NCBI GenBank assembly: GCA_049294655.1
Contig: JBAQDI010000049.1
Coordinates: 7,347 to 71,346 of the forward strand
Length of the DNA: 64,000 bases
DNA from: Azonexus sp.
GTDB taxonomy: Bacteria > Pseudomonadota > Gammaproteobacteria > Burkholderiales > Rhodocyclaceae
Direction of reading: 5' to 3'
This document shows positions 56,865-64,000 of the stretch, in pieces. Under the pieces are notes generated by a model. It searched no databases. It was not told where the DNA came from and worked only from the letters and a program-made list of their open reading frames with translations. How positions within the stretch are numbered: position 1 is the stretch's first letter; each line of letters begins with the position of its first letter. A program made the position numbers and the translations under genes.

Positions 56865-58193
56865 TCAGGCCGGAATCTTGTGGAAGCCGCTGCCGGCCCA
56901 CTGGACATCCTTGGGGACCAGACAGGACTTGTGTTCAATGTGGTACTCGAATTCCTTGCCAAAGTGCTTGAGGAAACTCTGGACCGGGAAGGCAGCTGCG
57001 TCGCCGAGTGCGCAAATGGTCCGACCGGCGATGTTGCCCAGCACGCTGTTCAGCAGATCAAGGTCTTCGGGCTTGCCCAGACCGTTCTCGATACGGTGCA
57101 CAACCTTGTACATCCAGGCCGTACCTTCACGGCAGGGTGTGCATTGGCCGCAGGACTCTTCATGATAGAAGAAGGACAGACGCTCCAGCGCCTTGACCAT
57201 GCAGACCGTCTCGTCCATCACGATGACCGCGCCCGAGCCGAGCATCGAACCGCCCTTGCTGATCGAGTCGTAATCCATGGTGCAATCCATGATCACGCTG
57301 CCCGGCATGACCGGAGCGGATGAGCCGCCGGGAATGACCGCCTTCAGCTTGCGCCCGCCGCGCATGCCACCGCACATTTCGAGCAGCGTGGCAAACGGCG
57401 TGCCGAGCGGAATTTCGTAATTACCCGGGCGATTGACGTGGCCGGACACCGAGAACAGCTTGGTGCCGCCATTATTGGGCTTGCCCAGGTTGAGGAACTC
57501 TTCGCCACCCATCTTCAGGATGAAGGGAATGGCCGCGAAGGTCTCGGTATTGTTGATCGTCGTCGGCTTGCCGTACAGGCCAAAAGAGGCCGGGAACGGC
57601 GGCTTGAAGCGCGGCTGGCCCTTCTTGCCTTCGATCGATTCGAGCAGCGCGGTTTCTTCGCCACAGATGTAGGCGCCGTAACCGTGGTGGGCGAACAGCT
57701 CGAAGCTGAATTCGGAACCGAGGATGTTCTGACCGATGAAACCGGCAGCGCGGGCTTCGTCGAGCGCGGCTTCGAAACGCTGGTAGATTTCCCAGATTTC
57801 GCCGTGCACGTAGTTGTAGCCGCGCGTCGCGCCCATCGCGAAGGCCGCAATCGCCATACCTTCAATCACCGCATGCGGGTTGTAGGCCATGATGTCGCGG
57901 TCCTTGAAGGTCCCCGGCTCGCCTTCGTCGGTATTGCAGACGATGTACTTGTCGCCCGGGAAGGAACGCGGCATGAAGGACCATTTCAGACCCGTCGGGA
58001 AACCGGCGCCGCCACGACCGCGCAGCACGGATTTCTTGACTTCACCGATGACGTCTTCCTGCGTCAGCTTGTCAGCCAGGATGCGGCGCAGCTGGGCATA
58101 GCCGCCGCGTGCCACATAGTCCTGCAAGTGCCAGGTCTTGTCGCCATTCAGGCCTTCCATCAGGACGCCGTTGATCGAACCGAGCATCGTCAT
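56865..58193 (-). CDS. nuoF: NADH-quinone oxidoreductase subunit F
   Basis: [16 protein letters not shown] (FMN site) and [12 protein letters not shown]. Start trimmed to the ATG that shares one base with the nuoE stop codon (TAATG). Confidence 0.9.
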   Translation of the reverse strand: MTMLGSINGVLMEGLNGDKTWHLQDYVARGGYAQLRRILADKLTQEDVIGEVKKSVLRGRGGAGFPTGLKWSFMPRSFPGDKYIVCNTDEGEPGTFKDRDIMAYNPHAVIEGMAIAAFAMGATRGYNYVHGEIWEIYQRFEAALDEARAAGFIGQNILGSEFSFELFAHHGYGAYICGEETALLESIEGKKGQPRFKPPFPASFGLYGKPTTINNTETFAAIPFILKMGGEEFLNLGKPNNGGTKLFSVSGHVNRPGNYEIPLGTPFATLLEMCGGMRGGRKLKAVIPGGSSAPVMPGSVIMDCTMDYDSISKGGSMLGSGAVIVMDETVCMVKALERLSFFYHEESCGQCTPCREGTAWMYKVVHRIENGLGKPEDLDLLNSVLGNIAGRTICALGDAAAFPVQSFLKHFGKEFEYHIEHKSCLVPKDVQWAGSGFHKIPA

Positions 58194-58666
58194 TATTTGA
58201 GCTCCTCGAGCAACTTGTCGATCTGCTCCGGATGCATGTGACTGCACATCGAGCGGTTATTGACGATGAAGACCGGTGCGTCGCCACAGGCGCCCATGCA
58301 CTCGCCTTCTTTCAGCGTGAATTTGCCGTCGGCGGTGGTTTCACCGTAGCCGATACCGAGCTTCTTCTGCACGTATTCGCCGGCATGGTAGCCACCGGAC
58401 AGCGCACAGGGCAGATTCGTACAGACCGTGATCTTGTACTTGCCGACCGGCTTCAGGTCATACATGTTGTAGAAGGAAGCGACTTCGTAGGCAGCCATCG
58501 GCGGCATGCCAAGATAAACGGCAACGGCCTCAATGACTTCCGGAGGCAGCCAGCCCTTTTCTTCCTGGGCGTGCGCGAGACAGGCCATGACTGCCGACTG
58601 CTTCTGTTCGGCGGGGTACTTGGCGACTTCGCGCGCAAATTTCTGGAGGGTTTCAGCGGAAAACAT
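58193..58666 (-). CDS. nuoE: NADH-quinone oxidoreductase subunit E
   Basis: 157-aa thioredoxin-like 2Fe-2S protein (CTNLPC...CMGACGDAP). Confidence 0.9.
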   Translation of the reverse strand: MFSAETLQKFAREVAKYPAEQKQSAVMACLAHAQEEKGWLPPEVIEAVAVYLGMPPMAAYEVASFYNMYDLKPVGKYKITVCTNLPCALSGGYHAGEYVQKKLGIGYGETTADGKFTLKEGECMGACGDAPVFIVNNRSMCSHMHPEQIDKLLEELK

Positions 58667-59919
58667 CAGCGGTCGATCTCGCCAAAAACAATATCCTGGG
58701 AACCGATAATCGTCACGACATCGGACAACATGTGGCCTCTGGACATTTCGTCCATGCCTGCCAGATGGACAAAGCCCGGGGCACGAATCTTCATCCGGTA
58801 CGGCTTGTTGGCCCCGTCGGAAATGAAGTAGATGCCGAACTCGCCCTTCGGGTGCTCAATGGCGGCGTACGCTTCGCCCTCGGGTACATGAATCCCTTCA
58901 GTGAAGAGCTTGAAATGGTGAATCAGCTCTTCCATGTTGGACTTCATGCCTTCGCGCGAGGGCGGTGCAACCTTGTGATTCTCGGTGATCACCGGGCCGG
59001 GATTCTTGCGCAGCCAGGCGATACATTGCTTGATGATCTTGTTCGACTGGAGCATTTCTTCCATGCGCACCAGATAGCGGTCATAGCTGTCGCCATTGAC
59101 GCCGACCGGCACATCGAAATCGACCTTGTCATAAGCGGAATATGGCTGCTTCTTGCGCAAATCCCAGGCAATGCCGGAACCGCGCAACATGGCGCCGGTA
59201 AAGCCCATTTGCTTGGCGCGCTCGGGCGTCACGACACCGACATTGACCAGACGCTGTTTCCAGATCCGGTTGTCGGTCAGCAGGGTGTGATATTCGCTGT
59301 GATAGGTCGGGAAGCGATTGGTGAAATCCTCGAGGAAATCAAGCAGCGAACCGCTGCGATTCTCGTTGAGCTCACCGGCCTTCTTGGCGCTGGTCCAGGT
59401 CGACGGTGCGTATTGCGGCATGCGATCCGGCAGGTCGCGATAAACGCCACCCGGACGGTAGTAGGCAGCGTGCATGCGGGCACCCGAGACGGCCTCGTAG
59501 GCATCCATCAAATCTTCGCGCTCGCGGAAGGTATAGAGCGCCATGGTCATCGCCCCGACGTCCAGCGCATGACAGCCGATCCACAACAGGTGGTTGAGGA
59601 TGCGCGTCACTTCGTCGAACATCACGCGGATGTACTGGCCACGCTCCGGCACTTCGATGCCCAGCAACTTTTCAGTCGCCAGACAGTAAGCATGTTCGTT
59701 GCACATCATCGACACGTAGTCGAGACGGTCCATGTAGGGCACGGATTGCACCCAGGTGCGGGTTTCCGCCAGTTTTTCGGTGGCCCGGTGGAGCAGACCG
59801 ATATGCGGGTCGGCACGCTGAACAACTTCGCCGTCCAGCTCCAGCACCAGACGCAGCACACCGTGCGCCGCCGGGTGTTGCGGCCCGAAATTCAGGGTGA
59901 AATTACGGATGTCAGCCAT
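58666..59919 (-). CDS. nuoD: NADH-quinone oxidoreductase subunit D
   Basis: 417 aa with [22 protein letters not shown]. Confidence 0.9.
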   Translation of the reverse strand: MADIRNFTLNFGPQHPAAHGVLRLVLELDGEVVQRADPHIGLLHRATEKLAETRTWVQSVPYMDRLDYVSMMCNEHAYCLATEKLLGIEVPERGQYIRVMFDEVTRILNHLLWIGCHALDVGAMTMALYTFREREDLMDAYEAVSGARMHAAYYRPGGVYRDLPDRMPQYAPSTWTSAKKAGELNENRSGSLLDFLEDFTNRFPTYHSEYHTLLTDNRIWKQRLVNVGVVTPERAKQMGFTGAMLRGSGIAWDLRKKQPYSAYDKVDFDVPVGVNGDSYDRYLVRMEEMLQSNKIIKQCIAWLRKNPGPVITENHKVAPPSREGMKSNMEELIHHFKLFTEGIHVPEGEAYAAIEHPKGEFGIYFISDGANKPYRMKIRAPGFVHLAGMDEMSRGHMLSDVVTIIGSQDIVFGEIDR

Positions 59920-60517
59920 GAGCGGTATCCCCGAAAGTATCTTCGCGCACGATGCGCGGGGTGTTTTCGCGCGGCTCGATGGTCACCGGCTGATAGATCA
60001 CACGTGCCTGATCCGGGTCGTAGCGCATTTCGACATGACCGGAAATCGGGAAATCCTTGCGGAATGGGTGGCCGATGAAACCATAGTCGGTCAGGATGCG
60101 GCGCAGGTCGTTGTGACCCACAAAGGCAATGCCGTACAGATCGAAGGCTTCGCGTTCGAACCAATTGACGCTGGTCCACAAACCGGTAAGCGATGCCACC
60201 ATCGGGAACTCATCGTCCTCGGCAAAGACCCGCACCCGCAAACGCCAGTTATTGGCCAACGACAGGAGATGCGACACGGCAGCAAAACGCTTTCCTTGCC
60301 AAGCACCCTCACCATAGGTGGAATAATCGACGCCGCACAGATCGATCAACTCTTCGAAACCCAAATCGGCTTCGTCGCGCAGCGTCTGCATCACGGAGAG
60401 ATAGTCGGCAGCGGCAACCTCTATGGTCACCTCACCCAAAGCAGTCTTCACCGACAACAACTTGTCAGCAAAGTGCTTCTGTAAGTTCTGGCTAAGCGTT
60501 TCCAGCTTGGCGGACAT
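59912..60517 (-). CDS. nuoC: NADH-quinone oxidoreductase subunit C
   Basis: About 200 aa with [15 protein letters not shown] at 60517 is preferred over the track's TTG at 60535. Confidence 0.85.
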   Translation of the reverse strand: MSAKLETLSQNLQKHFADKLLSVKTALGEVTIEVAAADYLSVMQTLRDEADLGFEELIDLCGVDYSTYGEGAWQGKRFAAVSHLLSLANNWRLRVRVFAEDDEFPMVASLTGLWTSVNWFEREAFDLYGIAFVGHNDLRRILTDYGFIGHPFRKDFPISGHVEMRYDPDQARVIYQPVTIEPRENTPRIVREDTFGDTAHG

Positions 60518-60535
60518 AGTGATCAGCCTTGGCAA

Positions 60536-61012
60536 TTAACGGGCAATGGTATTGGTACGACGAATCTTGTTCTGCAACTGAATCAGCCCGTACAACAAGG
60601 CCTCAGCCGTCGGGGGACACCCCGGCACATAGATATCGACCGGTACGATCCGGTCACAACCACGGACCACGGAATAGGAATAGTGATAGTAGCCACCACC
60701 ATTGGCGCAGGAGCCCATGGAGATCACCCAGCGCGGCTCGGACATCTGGTCGTAAACCTTGCGCAGCGCCGGTGCCATCTTGTTGGTCAGCGTTCCGGCA
60801 ACGATCATTACATCGGACTGACGCGGACTGGCGCGAAACACGATACCAAATCGATCAAGGTCGTAGCGCGCACAACCGGCATGGATCATTTCGACGGCAC
60901 AACAAGCCAAGCCGAAAGTCATCGGCCACATCGAGCCGGTGCGCATGTAATTGATCAGCTTGTCAGCAGTCGTGGTGACAAAGCCTTCCTGGAGAATGCC
61001 TTCAATAGCCAT
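60536..61012 (-). CDS. nuoB: NADH-quinone oxidoreductase subunit B
   Basis: 158 aa with GLACCAVEM and [10 protein letters not shown]...[10 protein letters not shown]. Confidence 0.9.
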   Translation of the reverse strand: MAIEGILQEGFVTTTADKLINYMRTGSMWPMTFGLACCAVEMIHAGCARYDLDRFGIVFRASPRQSDVMIVAGTLTNKMAPALRKVYDQMSEPRWVISMGSCANGGGYYHYSYSVVRGCDRIVPVDIYVPGCPPTAEALLYGLIQLQNKIRRTNTIAR

Positions 61013-61015
61013 GCT

Positions 61016-61387
61016 TTATTCCCATTCCAGCGCGCCCTTGGCCCAGGCATAGACATAGCCAATAACCAGGATGGCAACGAAAACCAGCATTTCGATGAAA
61101 CCGAACAACTTGATCGATTCGGTCGCGACGATATCCTTGAAAACCGTTGCCCAAGGAAACAGGAAGGCGATTTCCAGATCGAACAGGATAAACAGGATGG
61201 CAATCAGGTAATAACGCACATCGAATTTCATGCGCGCATCTTCGAACGCCTCAAAACCGCATTCGTAGGGAGATAGTTTCTCTGGGTCGGGCCGGCTGGG
61301 GGCTAGCAGAAAACCCATCGCAATCGGCAATACACCAATCGCAACCCCCACCAGAACGAACATCAGGATTGGAAAGTAGTTTTCCAT
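61016..61387 (-). CDS. nuoA: NADH-quinone oxidoreductase subunit A
   Basis: SPYECGFE motif, 3 TM. Start trimmed to MENYFPIL (ATG at 61387). Confidence 0.85.
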   Translation of the reverse strand: MENYFPILMFVLVGVAIGVLPIAMGFLLAPSRPDPEKLSPYECGFEAFEDARMKFDVRYYLIAILFILFDLEIAFLFPWATVFKDIVATESIKLFGFIEMLVFVAILVIGYVYAWAKGALEWE

Positions 61388-61454
61388 GATCCGCCGCCAA
61401 TATTCAGTTTCTTGTACGAAACAGCGTACCGTATTGGCCACTGCCCCAGTTTTT

Positions 61455-61539
61455 TGGTGCCGACGGCGAGACTCGAACTCGCACAGCTTGCGCCACTACC
61501 CCCTCAAGATAGCGTGTCTACCAATTTCACCACGTCGGC
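61455..61539 (-). tRNA. tRNA-Leu (anticodon GAG)
   Basis: The reverse complement reads GCCGACGTGGTGAAATTGGTAGACACGCTATCTTGAGGGGGTAGTGGCGCAAGCTGTGCGAGTTCGAGTCTCGCCGTCGGCACCA. It has a 7-bp acceptor stem, an anticodon stem CTATC/GGTAG with loop TTGAGGG, a long variable arm, a GTTCGAGTC T-loop and an encoded CCA. Confidence 0.9.
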
Positions 61540-61591
61540 ACTACTTTTTGATTCACTTGGCGAGGGATCATGCCAAGCGAAACACCTTACC

Positions 61592-61963
61592 TTACTTCGG
61601 AATATCTTTCGCCCGAGACGCAGCATCAGCCGGCGTCACCGGTGTTTCACCGCCAACCGGGGCAGGCTGCGAAACCGGCGGCAATTGTACCGTTTCTTGC
61701 ATCACACTGCCAGTCGTTTTTGGCTTGTTTGATGCTACGTATGCCAGCGTCAAACTGGTGACAAAAAACACCGCCGCCAGAACACCCGTCGTCCGGCTCA
61801 GGAAATTGGCCGAACCGGACGAACCAAACAGACTGCCCGAGGCACCGCTGCCAAACGCCGCACCCATATCAGCACCCTTGCCGTGCTGCATGAGCACCAG
61901 ACCGATAATGACCAGCGCCACCAGAATATGCACCGTCAACAACAAAGAGAAGAACCAGTTCAT
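61592..61963 (-). CDS. secG: Preprotein translocase subunit SecG
   Basis: MNWFFSLLLTVHILVALVIIGLVLMQHGKGADMGAAFGSG. Start trimmed to 61963. Confidence 0.85.
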   Translation of the reverse strand: MNWFFSLLLTVHILVALVIIGLVLMQHGKGADMGAAFGSGASGSLFGSSGSANFLSRTTGVLAAVFFVTSLTLAYVASNKPKTTGSVMQETVQLPPVSQPAPVGGETPVTPADAASRAKDIPK

Positions 61964-61974
61964 TTCACCGCCTA

Positions 61975-62724
61975 TCAATTTGCCGCACGGCAAATCGCAA
62001 GAAAATCATCCGCCACCAGCGCCGCCCCACCGATCAAACCACCATCGATATTGAGCTGCGCAAACAATTCCACCGCACTCTGCGGCTTCACACTACCGCC
62101 ATACAAAATCTGCAAACCTTCTGCCACCAAGGCATCCTGCCCGGCGATGCGCGAACGGATCGCCGCATGCACTTCTTCGGCCTGCGCCGGCGAAGCGGTC
62201 AATCCCGTACCTATTGCCCAGACCGGCTCATAAGCCACCACCATCCGGGCAAAAGCCGCGACACCAACACCCCCCAGCACCGCCGACAACTGCCGCTCAA
62301 CTACCGCCTGCGTCAGACCCGCCTCACGTTCAGCCAGCGTTTCACCCACACACAGCACTGGTCGCATACCGGCGGCCAGCACCGCCCGACATTTGGCAGC
62401 CACCACCGCATCGCTTTCGCCATACAGCGTGCGCCGCTCGGAATGCCCGACCAGCACATGAGTACAGGCAAAATCGGCCAGCATTGAAGCCGCCACTTCG
62501 CCAGTAAAGGCCCCCGCAGCATGCTCGCTGACGTTCTGCGCCCCCCAAAGAACGGAAGTCGCCTGCAAACGCTCGCCAACCTGAGCCAGATAGGGAGAAG
62601 GCACACAAACCAGCACCTCGCACCCGACACCCGGCAAGCCAGCAACCAAGCGATCCAGCAGCGCCGCATTTTCCCGGAGGTTGCCATGCATCTTCCAGTT
62701 GCCGGCGACAAGCTTTTTCCGCAT
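61975..62724 (-). CDS. tpiA: Triose-phosphate isomerase
   Basis: LVAGNWKMHG, VLVGHSERR, AYEPVWAIGTG and GGLIGGA. Confidence 0.9.
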   Translation of the reverse strand: MRKKLVAGNWKMHGNLRENAALLDRLVAGLPGVGCEVLVCVPSPYLAQVGERLQATSVLWGAQNVSEHAAGAFTGEVAASMLADFACTHVLVGHSERRTLYGESDAVVAAKCRAVLAAGMRPVLCVGETLAEREAGLTQAVVERQLSAVLGGVGVAAFARMVVAYEPVWAIGTGLTASPAQAEEVHAAIRSRIAGQDALVAEGLQILYGGSVKPQSAVELFAQLNIDGGLIGGAALVADDFLAICRAAN

Positions 62725-62800
62725 AGATCAGTCAGTCTCGGTTGGCAAAAACCTTCGGATTATAGCCGCCAGCCGGAATCCCGGTCAAGGCAAGGAAGCC

Positions 62801-64000
62801 CTAGACGGACTGTGCCGCCTGACGCACGACGTCGGCCAATTCTTCGGCAGCGGCCAGGACAAGCGCCGCATCCTCGCCCTCAACCATGACCCGGAGCAGC
62901 GGTTCGGTCCCCGAAGCGCGCAGCAGCACCCTGCCCCGTCCGGCCATGCGCCGCTCAACAGCCTGCAGCGCGGCCAGGATGGCCGGGTCATCGCGCCAGG
63001 AAAAACCCTTGACGATCGGCACGTTGATCAGCTTCTGCGGATAGAGCACCAGACCGCCGAGCAACTCCTGCAACGTCCCACCAACCTCGCGCAAGGCTGC
63101 CAGCACCTGCAGCGCAGCAACCGTCCCGTCACCAGTCGTGTGGCGATCCAGGGCCAGGATGTGGCCGGAATTCTCGCCGCCATACAGCCAGCCGTTCTGG
63201 TTGAGCATCTCGACCACATAGCGATCACCCACCGCGGCCCGGGCAAAAGGCACCCCCAGGCGTGCCAGGGCGTGCTCCAGCGCCAGATTGGTCATCAGCG
63301 TTCCAGCCACGCCGCTGACCTTGCCATGCCGCGCCCGACTGCGCACGATGGCGTAGAGCAACTGGTCGCCGTCGTATAGACAGCCCTTGGCATCGACCAT
63401 CTGGATACGGTCGGCATCGCCATCGAGCGCCACGCCGAGATCGGCGCCATGCGCCAGCACAGCCTCACACAAAGCTTTGGGAGCCGTCGCGCCAAAACCG
63501 TCATTGATGTTCAAACCATTTGGCTGGGCACCGATACTGACCACTTCCGCCCCGAGTTCGTGAAAGACATCCGGCGCCGTGTGATAGGCCGCGCCATGCG
63601 CGCAATCGACGACGATTTTCAGGCCGCGCAGATCCAGATCATTGGGAAAGGTGCTCTTGCAGAATTCGATGTAACGGCCGCGCGCATCGTCGATGCGCTT
63701 GGCCCGCCCCAGACTGGCCGGTGCCACGCAGATCATCGGCTGATCGATCAGCGCTTCGATGGCCTGCTCGACAGCATCCGGCAGCTTGGTGCCCTGCGCC
63801 GAGAAAAACTTGATCCCGTTATCGTAGTAGGGATTATGCGAAGCCGAAATGACGATCCCCGCCTGCAGGCGCAGGGCGCGCGTCAGGTAGGCAACAGCCG
63901 GCGTCGGCAGCGGACCAACCAGGCAGACATCAACGCCGGCAGCGGCAAAGCCCGCCTCCAGCGCCGACTCCAGCATGTAACCAGAGAGCCGGGTATCCTT
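62801..64000 (-). CDS. glmM: Phosphoglucosamine mutase, 5'-partial (runs off the window end)
   Basis: [16 protein letters not shown] (phosphoserine loop), DGDADR, and GGENSGH. The frame stays open past the track's Met at 63976 ([17 protein letters not shown]). Confidence 0.9.
   Translation of the reverse strand, partial: KDTRLSGYMLESALEAGFAAAGVDVCLVGPLPTPAVAYLTRALRLQAGIVISASHNPYYDNGIKFFSAQGTKLPDAVEQAIEALIDQPMICVAPASLGRAKRIDDARGRYIEFCKSTFPNDLDLRGLKIVVDCAHGAAYHTAPDVFHELGAEVVSIGAQPNGLNINDGFGATAPKALCEAVLAHGADLGVALDGDADRIQMVDAKGCLYDGDQLLYAIVRSRARHGKVSGVAGTLMTNLALEHALARLGVPFARAAVGDRYVVEMLNQNGWLYGGENSGHILALDRHTTGDGTVAALQVLAALREVGGTLQELLGGLVLYPQKLINVPIVKGFSWRDDPAILAALQAVERRMAGRGRVLLRASGTEPLLRVMVEGEDAALVLAAAEELADVVRQAAQSV

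Noticed and set aside
61388-61600. tRNA-Leu as an integration hotspot for a prophage or genomic island
   Set aside because: The tRNA sits in the conserved secG-tRNA-nuoA arrangement. There is no integrase, no duplicated tRNA 3' end, and no compositional shift on either side.

Overview
GC-rich chromosomal segment whose core synteny (glmM-tpiA-secG-tRNA-Leu-nuoA..N on the minus strand) looks betaproteobacterial, possibly Rhodocyclales-like. That taxonomic call is inference from gene content only. All domain calls below come from motifs I read in the translations; no BLAST or HMM search was possible. Recognisable housekeeping content: a complete 14-gene NADH:quinone oxidoreductase operon, class II B12-dependent ribonucleotide reductase nrdJ with tandem NrdR boxes, mutL, fabI, a pta-ackA pair, and a hoxFUYHW NAD-reducing [NiFe]-hydrogenase cluster. 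There is also a Gtr-like polyprenyl-phosphate glycosylation cluster with two tandem DUF2298-like membrane proteins, GtrA and a GT2. Accessory content includes several c-di-GMP and two-component signalling genes and an OsmC-YcaO fusion. Two stretches are visibly AT-richer by eye and look horizontally acquired. The first (about 6.4-8.0 kb) carries an unrecognisable 357-aa protein and is followed by a 535-aa orphan. The second (about 44.1-46.2 kb) carries an orphan Wzx-like flippase lacking a canonical start plus a SAM methyltransferase. The most unusual non-coding signal is two arrays of degenerate 7-bp tandem repeats in which most units (all 13 at 37369-37463; the first six of 12 at 25600-25683) begin with a stop triplet, and both share the core GCTAGCTGCTAGCT. 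One sits at the 3' end of the rhomboid gene, the other in the pta-ackA leader. A small kinase-like/CX5R-phosphatase gene pair lies between fabI and pta. Many long ORFs in the six-frame track are antisense shadow ORFs of real genes, typical of GC-rich DNA, and were rejected.
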